64,000 nucleotides of DNA from Promethearchaeota archaeon (GTDB lineage Archaea; Asgardarchaeota; Lokiarchaeia; Sigyniarchaeales; SOKP01), in assembly GCA_020343655.1 (NCBI GenBank), contig CP070805.1, forward strand, positions 1,955,145-2,019,144. The letters run 5' to 3'. Made by a program: the position numbers and the translations under genes. This document shows positions 1-10,516 of the stretch, one piece after another (position 1 is the first letter of the stretch; each line of letters opens with the position of its first letter). The notes under the pieces are model-generated. The model had not been told where the DNA came from and did no database searches. It saw nothing but the letters and a program-made list of their open reading frames with translations.

Positions 1-90
1 AAATTCTACAATTATTTTTTCATATTTGTGTAATTTCTTATTAAAAAGATGACTATAAGTTTCAGTCTCCTTATCTTCTTCAACAGTCAT
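1..90 (-). CDS. 5' end of a winged-helix (GbsR/MarR-like) regulator that runs off the left edge; paralog of 5265..5783
   Basis: ATG at 90 opens MTVEEDKETETYSHLFNKKLHKYEKIIVEF to the window edge; HLFNKKLHKYEKIIVEF aligns by eye with HIFEGKIKEYEQILIDF of the 5265..5783 protein. Not in the ORF track. Confidence 0.7.
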   Translation of the reverse strand, partial: MTVEEDKETETYSHLFNKKLHKYEKIIVEF

Positions 91-128
91 TTCTTAATTA
101 TATATAGGTTAGAAGCCTATTTAAATGT

Positions 129-145
129 TTTCATGAAATTTGAAA
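129..145. promoter_or_regulatory. Putative operator TTTCATGAAATTTGAAA
   Basis: 15/17 match to TTTCATGAAAAATGAAA at 5830..5846; both lie just upstream of paralogous regulators. Confidence 0.55.
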
Positions 146-233
146 ATTGAAAAATTAAAAAATTTAATACCAAATAAGCCTCAATATTTTAAGGTCAAAT
201 TAAAAAAAGAAAAAGAGATTTTAAGTTTCAGAC

Positions 234-932
234 TTAATAGATAAATGGAAATAATTTTTTGGTTCGCTTCATGTAATTCCTATAATCATCGCCAAATGTC
301 CCTATCAACGTTTCTTCTTCAATTTGAATTCGTATTTTCATTAGAAATGTATACAATATCATCATGCCAATTAATACAAATATTGATCTAAAAGCAAAAT
401 ATGGGCCTAACGTCATAAAAATTGCGCCAAAATACATGGGATGTCGTACTATTTTATATAATCCTTTAGTTACTAATTTATGCTCTTCTCCTGTATGAAC
501 TACTGGAGTTCCATATTTTCCAAGTTGAACTCTGCTTATAATCATAATCATGCCTCCGATGATCATAAATATGATACCTATATACGCGACTGTGGGATCA
601 TTCCAAATAGGAATAAAGGGAGCAATTATATTCAAATTTTCAATATAAGCAAGGATTAATAGAAAAGGTTGTAATAATCCCATTAATGCAATCATTTTCT
701 CTACAGTTGTAATTTTAACTTTTTCTGGAATAGGCCGTATCATAATATCTATAGATCCTACTATATAAAATATGATAAGTACTGTTAGATTAATAGGATT
801 TGTAAAAATTTGTGGAACAATCAACCAAAACATCAGGTTATAATACACCAGCATTATTAAAACTACTGCGATCAGCTTTCTTATTAAGATTGTTATACTA
901 AAACGTTTAGGTTCGCTTATTTTTATCACCAT
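234..932 (-). CDS. Isoprenylcysteine carboxyl methyltransferase (ICMT/PEMT) family membrane protein
   Basis: Multi-TM protein with HKLVTKGLYKIVRHPMY, EEETL and YRNYMKRTKKLFPFIY family motifs. Confidence 0.9.
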   Translation of the reverse strand: MVIKISEPKRFSITILIRKLIAVVLIMLVYYNLMFWLIVPQIFTNPINLTVLIIFYIVGSIDIMIRPIPEKVKITTVEKMIALMGLLQPFLLILAYIENLNIIAPFIPIWNDPTVAYIGIIFMIIGGMIMIISRVQLGKYGTPVVHTGEEHKLVTKGLYKIVRHPMYFGAIFMTLGPYFAFRSIFVLIGMMILYTFLMKIRIQIEEETLIGTFGDDYRNYMKRTKKLFPFIY

Positions 933-941
933 TTTTAGTTT

Positions 942-1022
942 GAATCGATTCGACTCGAATTAAAAAAATTCATGATTAAAATATTTTTAAAATTATTTAA
1001 AGCTATCGAATCGATTCGACTC
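942..1022. promoter_or_regulatory. Two copies of a TetR-type operator (GAATCGATTCGACTC)
   Basis: Exact 15-bp direct repeat at 942..956 and 1008..1022, each with palindromic core GAATCGATTC (14-bp palindrome TCGAATCGATTCGA at 1006..1019), between divergent ICMT and TetR genes. Confidence 0.75.
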
Positions 1023-1087
1023 AAAAAATTTATATAAAAGTTAGTTTACTAGTTTAATTAGTTAAAAATCTTAATTTATTTCTGATT

Positions 1088-1705
1088 ATGATGAAAGGAA
1101 CGGTCAAAGAAAAAATTATCGAAATAGCGAAAAAATTGTTTAAAGAAGAAGGTTTTGTTAATACCTATGTCAAGCAAATTGCAGCCAAAGCAAATGTAAG
1201 TATAGGAACTTTATATTATCATTTTCCTCAAGGAAAATTATCAATTTTTCAAGAAATTGGAAACGCATCTACCTCTGATTATACTCCTAAATTAAGAAAG
1301 TATGGATATTCAATTGAAAATGACTATGATTCCATAATGGATGCATTAAATGATTTAATTCTCGCACTTATTAGGATACATGGTGAGGAACGTGATTTTA
1401 TACTTGCAATCCATGCAGAATTATTTTCTAAACTTGATGAATATCTTAAAATTAAGAAGGATATTGCAATACAGGAACAAATGAAGGCACAAATTGAACT
1501 TTTCTTAAAGCCATTTCGGGAACTAATAACAAAATTCCCTAAAGAAGGGTTGGCTCTTGATGGCAAAGAAATTCAAGTGTTTAATGTGGTAGATATTCTA
1601 ATCCATCGCTATACATTCATTAATAGTACTTTCGGAACTGAAGAAGAATTTGTTAAGATGATGACTCGAATTGTTCTGGCTCTATTAAAACCAGATAACC
1701 AATAA
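1088..1705 (+). CDS. TetR/AcrR family transcriptional regulator
   Basis: N-terminal HTH KIIEIAKKLFKEEGF...IAAKANVSIGTLYYHFP. Confidence 0.92.
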   Translation: MMKGTVKEKIIEIAKKLFKEEGFVNTYVKQIAAKANVSIGTLYYHFPQGKLSIFQEIGNASTSDYTPKLRKYGYSIENDYDSIMDALNDLILALIRIHGEERDFILAIHAELFSKLDEYLKIKKDIAIQEQMKAQIELFLKPFRELITKFPKEGLALDGKEIQVFNVVDILIHRYTFINSTFGTEEEFVKMMTRIVLALLKPDNQ

Positions 1706-1821
1706 GAATTAGTTTTATATATAATTACTTTACTTCTTGAAATTTTTTTTCTATCTTATTTGAAATCATCTAAAACTTTCTTAAAGTTTTCATTTATAAA
1801 ATAATGATATTCTTCTACTTA

Positions 1822-2397
1822 TTAGGTTCCCAATCCTCTCATTATTTTAATAATCATATCCATGAATTTTTCATCAGAGCCGTAAAGATTCCTAAAAATT
1901 ATATGCTGACGTATAATGGCTTTCCAAACTGCCAGCATATCTAACAATTTCTCATATTCTATTGAATGTCCACAGATGTATTCTACAAGTTGTTTAAATA
2001 AATTGAAATCTATATCAGAAATATATTTTCTTGCTTTCATAATAAAACTATCTGGATTTTTTAAAGTTTCGAGTTGAAGTGCGATAAGGAATTTTCTTCT
2101 CTTTCGTCCAATATCCAAAGAAGCATAGAAGAAATCTCTTAAACTATTATCATCGAATTTTTTGTATTGTTCTTCAAATTGATCCTTAAAACTCTTCAAT
2201 ATTTCCAGTAATACATCTTCTTTCCCATCAGGAAAATCCTTATATAAGGTCCCTATAGGAATTTCAGTTCGTTTATGCAATAAATTCATTGAAAGATTGT
2301 CATAATCCTCATTTTCAATTATTTCCTGTGAGATCTTTACAACTTGGGCAATTCTTTCCTCCTTATCTCTTGCATAACGTTTTCTATGAGAAGACAT
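1822..2397 (-). CDS. TetR-like transcriptional regulator (divergent)
   Basis: LSMNLLHKRTEIPIGTLYKDFPDGKEDVL HTH; C-terminus (NLYGSDEKFMDMIIKI) resembles the neighbouring TetR (STFGTEEEFVKMMTRI). Confidence 0.8.
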   Translation of the reverse strand: MSSHRKRYARDKEERIAQVVKISQEIIENEDYDNLSMNLLHKRTEIPIGTLYKDFPDGKEDVLLEILKSFKDQFEEQYKKFDDNSLRDFFYASLDIGRKRRKFLIALQLETLKNPDSFIMKARKYISDIDFNLFKQLVEYICGHSIEYEKLLDMLAVWKAIIRQHIIFRNLYGSDEKFMDMIIKIMRGLGT

Positions 2398-2401
2398 AAT
2401 T

Positions 2402-2495
2402 GTGGGAACTATTCACTTTTATTTAAATATTGGTCATCAAAACATTTAAATATTCTGTCTAAATACAATTATTGAAAGTGAATACTACTCACTTT
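2402..2495. promoter_or_regulatory. Pair of related operator sites between TetR-like gene and acyltransferase
   Basis: Imperfect palindrome AAAGTGAATACTACTCACTTT (2475..2495); its reverse complement resembles GTGGGAACTATTCACTTT at 2402..2419. Confidence 0.55.
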
Positions 2496-2526
2496 AACAT
2501 CAATGTAAATTATTAGGTCTTAAAAT

Positions 2527-3942
2527 ATGTTGGAAGAGATTGAATTGAATAATCAATATTTTAAAAGAAAATTAAATCAAAGAGAAAGAACCCACTCAAA
2601 AGTACCAAATTCAAATATATCCATGATAGCAACTATTCTAGGGAATGTTTCAATTGATGAATTGAAGAAAGTAATCAAAAAAATGCAGCAACGGCATCCT
2701 ATACTTAATACATACTTGAAACATGAAGAAAAAGCACTTTTTCTTTTAGCAAATAAAATTTTAGAAATTCCCTTAAAAGTAATCAAGCGTATTTCTGATG
2801 ACCAATGGAGGGATGAAATTATTCAGCAACATAAAATTCCATTTGAAATGGAGCAGGGACCTTTAATTAGGCTTATATTACTACATTCCCCTGACATTTC
2901 AGATCTAATTATCTTTTGTCAACATACTATATGTGATGGTATGTCCTTGGCATATTTAGCAAGAGATATTATGGTATATTTAGGGGATCCCCAGAAAAAG
3001 GTTGAATTGCTGCCCCCTGCTCCATTGGTTAACGAAGATAATATACCTTCTGATATTAAGCCTAGTTTAGTGATGCGAATTTTTAGCAAAACAATTAATA
3101 AAAAATGGGAAAAAAGTGAATTACTCTTTAATTATGATGATTTTTATGCTCTACACGATGTTTATTGGAATAACTATACTTATAAAGCACATTTATATGA
3201 GCTTTCCAAAGAAGATACAGAAGCACTGGTTATGGCTTGCCATAAAAAGGGGGTTACTGTGAACACGGCACTGATGATTGCCTTTGCTATTGCTCAAAAT
3301 CAAATAAATCCAGAATCTCCAAAATATTTACAGAATATTTCATTTGCTGTTAATTTAAGAGATCTCCTCAATAATCCTGCTGGCGAACAATTTGGCTTTT
3401 TCGCGGGCGGAATGCAACTGAATTTTAAATATTCTGATCAAAATGATTTCTGGGAGGCGACTAAAAAGATTCACCTTAAAACAACACCCAATAAAGCAAG
3501 AAAACAAGCGTTAGTAGGCACTTTAAATGCCCTTGCCTTAAGTCCAACTTTATATGAAGCCCAAATCTTCACTGCTTTTGGTGCACTCATCCTATCAACT
3601 TCAAAAAGCTATAATAAAATTCAAGCATTTCTCTCTGATAAAAAAAATATAGTAAATAAAATAGTCGAGAAAAAAATTTCAAAAGGATTCGCAATGGCCC
3701 AAATAATGACAAATCTTGGTATAACGGGCTTTCCAGAAAAATATGGAGATTTATTCCTGAAGAATCTCATTTTGATGCCGTCTTGTTCACCCTACACTGA
3801 ATTAGTATTAGGTGTAGTTACGCATAGAGGAACTCTGAGTATTACTTTGAATCATATGGAAGAATCAATCTCGTCAGAAAAAATTTTAAAAATCAGAGAT
3901 AGAGCGAATCAAATATTAATGGAAGCAATAAAAGGTAAATAA
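2527..3942 (+). CDS. Stand-alone condensation-domain / CoA-dependent acyltransferase (PapA5 / alcohol acetyltransferase-like)
   Basis: RHPIL, PFEMEQGPLIRL, HxxxDG motif QHTICDGMS, GVTVNTAL, AVNLR, TNLG. Confidence 0.85.
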   Translation: MLEEIELNNQYFKRKLNQRERTHSKVPNSNISMIATILGNVSIDELKKVIKKMQQRHPILNTYLKHEEKALFLLANKILEIPLKVIKRISDDQWRDEIIQQHKIPFEMEQGPLIRLILLHSPDISDLIIFCQHTICDGMSLAYLARDIMVYLGDPQKKVELLPPAPLVNEDNIPSDIKPSLVMRIFSKTINKKWEKSELLFNYDDFYALHDVYWNNYTYKAHLYELSKEDTEALVMACHKKGVTVNTALMIAFAIAQNQINPESPKYLQNISFAVNLRDLLNNPAGEQFGFFAGGMQLNFKYSDQNDFWEATKKIHLKTTPNKARKQALVGTLNALALSPTLYEAQIFTAFGALILSTSKSYNKIQAFLSDKKNIVNKIVEKKISKGFAMAQIMTNLGITGFPEKYGDLFLKNLILMPSCSPYTELVLGVVTHRGTLSITLNHMEESISSEKILKIRDRANQILMEAIKGK

Positions 3943-4071
3943 TTATTCTAATCAAATTTTTTTATTTTTTTTTTAATTATGAATTATTTATTAAAACCTA
4001 GATTTCAATAACTGAAACTTATCAAGAAAAAAGACTAATATAATTAAAAGTGATGAACGTTATTTTTATCT

Positions 4072-4752
4072 ATGCCTAAACAAATAACTAAACCATTATT
4101 ATTAATAGTTGTTTATATGGTTACCATATTCCTTGGACTAGGCTTATTTCTTCCAGCTGAGAATTTTCTTTGGCTTGAAGCTTGGATTTATCTTGTAATT
4201 TTTTCAATCTTTTTTACAGTAGTAGTATTGTATTTTAGCAAACATGACCCTGAAATGCTTCAGAAAAGAGCTAAACCCAAATTCGTAGAAAAATGGGATA
4301 AGATTATCATGGTGTTAATGGGGTTTGGATTTTTTCCAACATTTATTATTCCAGGATTTGAAAAGAAATATGGGTGGTCATATGTTCCATTCTATGTTGA
4401 AATTATCGGATTTGTAGTGCTTTCCTTAGGATTAATAATAATATTTTTAGTAATGAAAGAAAACACATTTTTGTCAAAAGCAGTCGAGATTCAAAAAGAT
4501 CGAGGTCACATCGTGATTACAACTGGACCCTATAGAATTGTACGTCATCCAATGTACTTGGGATTTATTCTATTTATAGTGTTTTATTGTTTAGCACTTG
4601 GTTCTCTTTATTCACTTATACCTACTGCGCTTGGTGTTGTTGGATTAGTGATCCGTACAATTTTAGAAGATAGAAAGCTCCATAAAGAACTTGAAGGATA
4701 CACGGAATATGCCCAAAAAACTAAGAAAAAATTAATTCCATTAATTTGGTAG
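4072..4752 (+). CDS. ICMT/PEMT family membrane methyltransferase
   Basis: VITTGPYRIVRHPMY, EDRKLHKELEGYTEY, KLIPLIW. Confidence 0.9.
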   Translation: MPKQITKPLLLIVVYMVTIFLGLGLFLPAENFLWLEAWIYLVIFSIFFTVVVLYFSKHDPEMLQKRAKPKFVEKWDKIIMVLMGFGFFPTFIIPGFEKKYGWSYVPFYVEIIGFVVLSLGLIIIFLVMKENTFLSKAVEIQKDRGHIVITTGPYRIVRHPMYLGFILFIVFYCLALGSLYSLIPTALGVVGLVIRTILEDRKLHKELEGYTEYAQKTKKKLIPLIW

Positions 4753-5262
4753 GGATCCACTTTCATATTTTTTTTTTAGTTCTTCCCAAAGTTTTAATAT
4801 CCTCTTGAATCCTGCAAATCTCCTTAAATTTTCTTCAAGAAAATCCTTCACCTTATCATATCCGTTAAAATTTTTAAGTTCTTCCTCATTTACTTCCATC
4901 TCTTTTTTCATTTCAAGAAATTTTGGTTCCCATTTGAGATTTGATTTAAGGAGATTAATCGCCCTACTAAATGTTTCTGTTACTACGGATTCCATAGAAT
5001 ATACCCATGGTTTTGAATTTTTGGATACCTTTATTAAATTAAACTCTAAAAAATCATTAAGTTCTTGCGATATCTTGCCTGCAGAAAATCCTGTTAAGTT
5101 CTGGAGTTTTGACTGAGTCAAATGTTTCCGAGTGATAAAGTAGAAAAGAATTGTTGATGTTATTTCGCCCCGAATAGAAAAAATAGTATAATCTAATAAA
5201 TTTTCAATTATCTCACTTTCTATCTTTTTAATTTCAGGAGCAAATTTCTCTTCTTTTTTCAT
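4741..5262 (-). CDS. GbsR/MarR-like winged-helix regulator
   Basis: LTQSKLQNLTGFSAGKISQELNDF wHTH followed by a long helix. Confidence 0.75.
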   Translation of the reverse strand: MKKEEKFAPEIKKIESEIIENLLDYTIFSIRGEITSTILFYFITRKHLTQSKLQNLTGFSAGKISQELNDFLEFNLIKVSKNSKPWVYSMESVVTETFSRAINLLKSNLKWEPKFLEMKKEMEVNEEELKNFNGYDKVKDFLEENLRRFAGFKRILKLWEELKKKYESGSLPN

Positions 5263-5264
5263 GA

Positions 5265-5783
5265 TTAATTTTCTTTATTCTGCTGTGTAAAAATAAACTC
5301 AATATCTGACCAGATCTTTTGAACGGTTTCAAAAGTTTTAGTTAAACCTTTTAATCGCTTAGCAAGAAAATTTGCTCCGTTTTTATCATTCAGCTTCTCA
5401 AGCTCAATTATTTTTTTTTTAAGAAATTCATTAATTTTTGTGAAATCCTCCAAAGTTGTATCGGCGATATTTCCATATGATTCAGGCGTATTAACATAGA
5501 GATATTCATTAGTTTTTGGAATTCTTTTTTTTTCTACAACACGTAAGGCTAATATATCTCTTAATTTTTTAGATATAGTTCCTGTTGAGAGTCCTGTTAA
5601 ATCTTTTAACTGTTTCTGAGTTAATCTTTTGTGTATTCCAATATAACCAAGAACTAATTGAAGATTTGGATCAACACTCTTCGCTCTTCCAGAATCTAAT
5701 ACAAAATCAATTAGTATTTGCTCATATTCTTTAATCTTTCCTTCAAATATATGATTTTCAAGCAAATGTTTCTTATCTATCAT
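5265..5783 (-). CDS. GbsR/MarR-like winged-helix regulator
   Basis: LTQKQLKDLTGLSTGTISKKLRDI wHTH; 2 bp from its downstream paralog. Confidence 0.78.
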   Translation of the reverse strand: MIDKKHLLENHIFEGKIKEYEQILIDFVLDSGRAKSVDPNLQLVLGYIGIHKRLTQKQLKDLTGLSTGTISKKLRDILALRVVEKKRIPKTNEYLYVNTPESYGNIADTTLEDFTKINEFLKKKIIELEKLNDKNGANFLAKRLKGLTKTFETVQKIWSDIEFIFTQQNKEN

Positions 5784-5822
5784 TCCTTAATATTATTAAG
5801 GTGGAAAAAACTATTTATAATT

Positions 5823-5909
5823 TTTCATCTTTCATGAAAAATGAAAGATTTATATATGCAGTTTCATATTATTTTAATGGGTTTTTTATTATTCATGAAA
5901 AATAAAAAA
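5823..5909. promoter_or_regulatory. Two extended palindromic operators with TTCATGAA core
   Basis: TTTCATCTTTCATGAAAAATGAAA (5823..5846) and TTTTTTATTATTCATGAAAAATAAAAAA (5882..5909), each with one mismatched pair, between divergent regulators and the ABC operon. Confidence 0.7.
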
Positions 5910-5925
5910 TCTAAGGCAGATTAAA

Positions 5926-6882
5926 ATGAACGCTATAGAAGTTAAAAACTTAATAAAGTATTATGATCATGGTAAGGTAAAAGCTGTTGATGATATATCA
6001 TTTGAAGTACCCCAAGGGTCTCGATTTGGTTATTTAGGACCAAATGGAGCTGGAAAAACTACCACGATTCGATGTATACTTGGTTTTCTTAATGCTGATG
6101 CTGGCGAGATTACAATTTTAGGTGAAAAGATTAATCCAAAAAAAGATGTAAAGGTTAAGAATCGAATTGGGTATTTACCAGGGGAATTGGGAATATATAA
6201 AAATATGACAGCATATCAACTGATAAACTATTTTGCTAAGCTTTATGATATTGAAATAGATTGGAGATTCGTTGATGACGTTGTAGAGCGCCTTAAATTA
6301 GATTTAGAACGAAAAATGGGAGTTTTAAGTAAGGGAAATAAACAAAAAGTTGGCGTATTAACAGCTCTGATGGGTAAATTTGATCTACTAATTATGGATG
6401 AGCCGACTTCTGGACTTGATCCTTTAATGCAATCAGAATTTTACCGAATTGTGTCTGAGCGCCAGAAAGAATCGAAATGTACTGTATTTGTCTCTTCTCA
6501 CGTTTTACCTGAAATTGAAAAATTCTGTAATAAAGTAGCAATAATAAAAAAAGGTAAAATTGCAGAGATTTCAGATGTTAAGGATCTTAAAGCGAAGAAT
6601 TTGAAAAATGTTGAATTGATCTTTGAAACACCGAAAGGTTTAGAATTATTTACGAACTATTTATCATCTGAGGTTCCAGAAGCAATTGTGAAACAATCCT
6701 ACCATGTTGAGCTTCAATTTTTAGTCTCTCCAAAACAAACTAGAAAAGTTTTACACGATATTAGTGAAAAAAAATGGGATGGGGCACCTATAAGAGATAT
6801 ATCAGTTACACATTCTACATTAGAGAATATTTTTATGCAATATTATAAAAATAGTACAACAGAAGGAGGTGAAGCAGCATGA
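5926..6882 (+). CDS. ABC-2 type exporter ATP-binding subunit
   Basis: Walker A GPNGAGKTT, signature LSKGNKQ, Walker B LLIMDEPTSGLD, H-loop SSH. Confidence 0.95.
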   Translation: MNAIEVKNLIKYYDHGKVKAVDDISFEVPQGSRFGYLGPNGAGKTTTIRCILGFLNADAGEITILGEKINPKKDVKVKNRIGYLPGELGIYKNMTAYQLINYFAKLYDIEIDWRFVDDVVERLKLDLERKMGVLSKGNKQKVGVLTALMGKFDLLIMDEPTSGLDPLMQSEFYRIVSERQKESKCTVFVSSHVLPEIEKFCNKVAIIKKGKIAEISDVKDLKAKNLKNVELIFETPKGLELFTNYLSSEVPEAIVKQSYHVELQFLVSPKQTRKVLHDISEKKWDGAPIRDISVTHSTLENIFMQYYKNSTTEGGEAA

Positions 6883-7694
6883 AGTCAATAAGGATTATGC
6901 TGAAGCAAATCACGACAAGTAAGAAAGGTATTATTTTGTATACAACATTGATGGGCCTATTTTACATGTGGTTTGTCTCAATTTTTGACCCTATCTTTTT
7001 TGAGGATTTTGAAGCTTTACTAGAGTCTTATCCAGAAGCAATAAGGCAGATGATTGGTGAATTTTACTCGCTTAGCACAATTGGGGGATTAATGAATATT
7101 TATCTTTTTTCGATGTCTCTATTCTTTTTTGGAGTTTATTTCACTCTAAAGGCTTCTCAAGACATTCCAAGAGAGATAGATAATAAAACTATCGATATAA
7201 TGCTGTCTAAACCTATTAAACGATGGGAATTTTCACTAGGAAAATATTTATATCATATTGTAAGTGCAGTTATAATATTGTTAGGAGTAATGTTGGCTGT
7301 GATCTTGGGTATTTTGATTATGCCAACTGTTGCGCCCAATGAGGTTCCATGGGCAGAATTCTTGACAGCTTTCCTTGTAATGATCTTATTGAATCTATGT
7401 ATCATTAGCACAGGATTTTTCTTCTCGACATTTTTGGACACTAAGAAATCTCTTGTCTTAAGTTTTGGAGTAATAATCTTTTTCTATGCAGTTGGTCAAT
7501 TCTGGCAGAGTTTTGGTGAGAATATGGAAGGCATTAAATATATCAGTATTTTCTACTATTCTGATATGTCGAATTTGCTTGTAAATAGTAATTGGGAATT
7601 GGTTCCATTAAAAATTTCGTTTCTTTCAATTTATTCTATTGGATTAACTGTTGCTTCAGTAATAATCTTCAATAAACGGGATATTCCAGTCTAA
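6879..7694 (+). CDS. ABC-2 type exporter permease
   Basis: About 6 TM segments, EIDNKTIDIMLSKPIKR motif, C-terminal FNKRDI; ATGA overlap with the ATPase gene. Confidence 0.9.
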   Translation: MKSIRIMLKQITTSKKGIILYTTLMGLFYMWFVSIFDPIFFEDFEALLESYPEAIRQMIGEFYSLSTIGGLMNIYLFSMSLFFFGVYFTLKASQDIPREIDNKTIDIMLSKPIKRWEFSLGKYLYHIVSAVIILLGVMLAVILGILIMPTVAPNEVPWAEFLTAFLVMILLNLCIISTGFFFSTFLDTKKSLVLSFGVIIFFYAVGQFWQSFGENMEGIKYISIFYYSDMSNLLVNSNWELVPLKISFLSIYSIGLTVASVIIFNKRDIPV

Positions 7695-7749
7695 ATTTTC
7701 TATTTTTTCTTTTTTTTTTAAATTTTATAACTTCAAAAAAAAAAGGAAA

Positions 7750-8775
7750 TTATTGTTCCTGATCAGTCTTAGAGCTTAATTTATCAATACTAAGAATAAA
7801 AAACGGTATGGCAAAAATGAAGAATGCCCAAAAGAAGCGAAAAGACATATCAGCAAACAAAAAAGCATAAATAAAAGGTATTAAAAAACAGGCCATTCCT
7901 AATATCAATTTCCACATAATTTTTGATTTTTTTACAATTTGAAAGTAATTTCCATAAACCCCAATCAACAATAGAAATGTTAATTGGGCAATTGTAGCCA
8001 AAGTTCTCTCATCGAATAAATCTCCAAAATTACTAATTATTCTAGAAAGACTAATTCCACTTATAGTTAAAGGGCCAATAAATATAATTAGTATTAGATA
8101 TATAATCACAGGAATTAACCCAATACCAATAATAAATTGAAATAATAACTTCCATTGAATTCTTTCATCGATAATTCTCCATAAAACTATAACAGGAATA
8201 ACAAATATTACGGTTTCTCTAGCAAGAACACCCAATCCTATAATAAGTCCGATCATTATGTAAATTTTAAGATTGTTTCTTGATGGTTTTTCATTCAATT
8301 TACCATATAGATAAAGAGAAAAAATGGTGAAAAACATGCTAGCTGAATCGGTTAGAGGTGTAAATCCTAAAACTATAGTTGGTGCAGTAAAGATATAGAT
8401 TAAAGTTCCCAAAAATTGTTGTTTAGGAGTGATTTGAAAAAAAGACAAGAATTGATAGAAGAAAAAGACAGCTAAAAGGTTAAAAATAAGACTTACTATA
8501 TTTAAAGACATATATGCATCCCCTGGTATTATAGATGCAATAAGAGGCACCAAAATCCTTATTCTCCAAGCACTTGGTACATCAAATAAATTTGCATTTC
8601 CCCTAAAAGATTCTACTATAGTAGCATAATGTACAGCATCAGGCATATCTGCTATAGAATAGCCTAAAATGAGTAATATAGGTCTAATTAACGATAACAA
8701 GAAAGAAATTGCTAATAATAAAATTAATTTAATATATGGTGATTTTAATGATTGCAAATTAATTTTAATCTTCAT
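7750..8775 (-). CDS. GT-C fold (PMT/ArnT-like) membrane glycosyltransferase-like protein
   Basis: Multi-TM; DAVHY loop, RILVP, LTDS, GLGVLARE pattern. Confidence 0.6.
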   Translation of the reverse strand: MKIKINLQSLKSPYIKLILLLAISFLLSLIRPILLILGYSIADMPDAVHYATIVESFRGNANLFDVPSAWRIRILVPLIASIIPGDAYMSLNIVSLIFNLLAVFFFYQFLSFFQITPKQQFLGTLIYIFTAPTIVLGFTPLTDSASMFFTIFSLYLYGKLNEKPSRNNLKIYIMIGLIIGLGVLARETVIFVIPVIVLWRIIDERIQWKLLFQFIIGIGLIPVIIYLILIIFIGPLTISGISLSRIISNFGDLFDERTLATIAQLTFLLLIGVYGNYFQIVKKSKIMWKLILGMACFLIPFIYAFLFADMSFRFFWAFFIFAIPFFILSIDKLSSKTDQEQ

Positions 8776-9040
8776 ATGATTCTCATCTTGCGACTTTATG
8801 ATTTAAATTTAATTTAATATGATTCTTATTATTTTATAGTAAATATAAAGATTGATATTTTCTTTTACTCAATAAACCTATCGAATTATCATTACGGGAA
8901 TCTTTATAATTGCAATTTTAGAAGTAATTTTCAATTCATAACAAAATTTTATAAGGGGTATTTTCTTTATTATTAAAATTCAAAATTTATTTATTAATTC
9001 GAAATTTCATAATTAAATCAGTTAAAATCGGTGATTATTA

Positions 9041-10516
9041 GTGTCAAATTATTATCGTAAAAAAATTCACTCAAATGAACTTATAGCCACGTTTGATGAC
9101 GTTTTAATACTCCCTGGTTTTACAAATTTCGCCCCAGACGAGGTTGATATATCTTCAAGTTTAGGAAAATACCATTTTAATTTACCCATAATGTCTTCTG
9201 CGATGGATACAGTCACTGAAGAATTAATGGCAATAAATATGGCTTTACATGGTGGTCTTGGAGTTTTACATCGAAATTGTTCTTACGAGAGACAATTAGA
9301 AATGTGTAGAATTGTAAAACGAGCTAGATCTTTTGTAATTGATGATACGCATGTAGCAACAATTAATCCTAATGCAGGAGTTGCAAAAGCCAAATTCATG
9401 ATGGAAAACTATAATATAAGTGGTATTGTAGTAACTAATGAGAACAAAAAAGTTTGTGGGATTTTTACTAAAAGAGATATTCCATTTTTTGAGCATGATA
9501 TACAAAATGGTATTGTAAAAGATTATATGACTAAAGATGTTATATCTATTAAACCTGGTACTTCTAGAGAAGAAGCTTTAAAAATCTTGTATAAATCACG
9601 TAAGGAAAAATTACCAATTATAGACGATCAAGGATATCTGAAAGGATTAATTACAAAAAAGGATTTAGCGCCAGAATTTCCCTTCGCTTCTAAAGATGAT
9701 GAGGGACATCTTCTATGTGCGCTAGCATTATCTCCTAAATTTCCTGAATCCTCTCAGAATCAAGAGTTATTGAAAGAGATCGATACATATGTTGATATTT
9801 TCTTCATTGACGTAGCTGATTTTTATAAGAAAGCAGATATTGAGGGTACAGAAAAACTAATGAAATTTTTGGATTCAGATTTTGTATTAGGGAATGTGGG
9901 AACATATGAGGCAGCAGAATATTTAATAACTAAATGTGATTTTTTAGAAGAAAAATTTATTGCTTTAAAAGTTGGTATGGGATCAGGTTCAATATGTACT
10001 ACTTCAATACAAACAGGAGTAGGCGCACCTACTCTCTTTGCAACTGCTCAAGTTGCAGATGCAATTACAGATTATAACTCGAGAATAGGATTAATCGCTG
10101 ATGGAGGATTTAAGAATCCTGGGGATCTACCAAAAGCATTTGCTGCTGGTGCCGATCTTATAATGTCAGGACATTTCTTTGCTGGTACTGAAGAATCCCC
10201 TGGCTTTATTGATAATATTGCAGGGAGAAAGGTAAAAGTATACCGTGGTATGGGAAGTAAAGAAGCACGAACATCTGGTTATATCTCAGATCGTTATACA
10301 GAGGGTTCAAAAATGTTAACAGAGGGAGTTTCTAATTATGTTCCCTATGTGGGAGATGTTTACGGAGTTTTAGCAACTTTGAAAGAAGGTTTAGCTAATG
10401 GGATGATTTATGCAGGTGCAAAATCTATACAGGATATGAAAAAAGTCTCATTAGGAATAATATCTATTGTAGGATCACGTGAAACTCAACCCCATGATCT
10501 TATTGGTAAATTTTAA
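9041..10516 (+). CDS. guaB: IMP dehydrogenase with CBS pair
   Basis: [19 protein letters not shown], catalytic [20 protein letters not shown]; GTG start after GGTGAT. Confidence 0.93.
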   Translation: MSNYYRKKIHSNELIATFDDVLILPGFTNFAPDEVDISSSLGKYHFNLPIMSSAMDTVTEELMAINMALHGGLGVLHRNCSYERQLEMCRIVKRARSFVIDDTHVATINPNAGVAKAKFMMENYNISGIVVTNENKKVCGIFTKRDIPFFEHDIQNGIVKDYMTKDVISIKPGTSREEALKILYKSRKEKLPIIDDQGYLKGLITKKDLAPEFPFASKDDEGHLLCALALSPKFPESSQNQELLKEIDTYVDIFFIDVADFYKKADIEGTEKLMKFLDSDFVLGNVGTYEAAEYLITKCDFLEEKFIALKVGMGSGSICTTSIQTGVGAPTLFATAQVADAITDYNSRIGLIADGGFKNPGDLPKAFAAGADLIMSGHFFAGTEESPGFIDNIAGRKVKVYRGMGSKEARTSGYISDRYTEGSKMLTEGVSNYVPYVGDVYGVLATLKEGLANGMIYAGAKSIQDMKKVSLGIISIVGSRETQPHDLIGKF

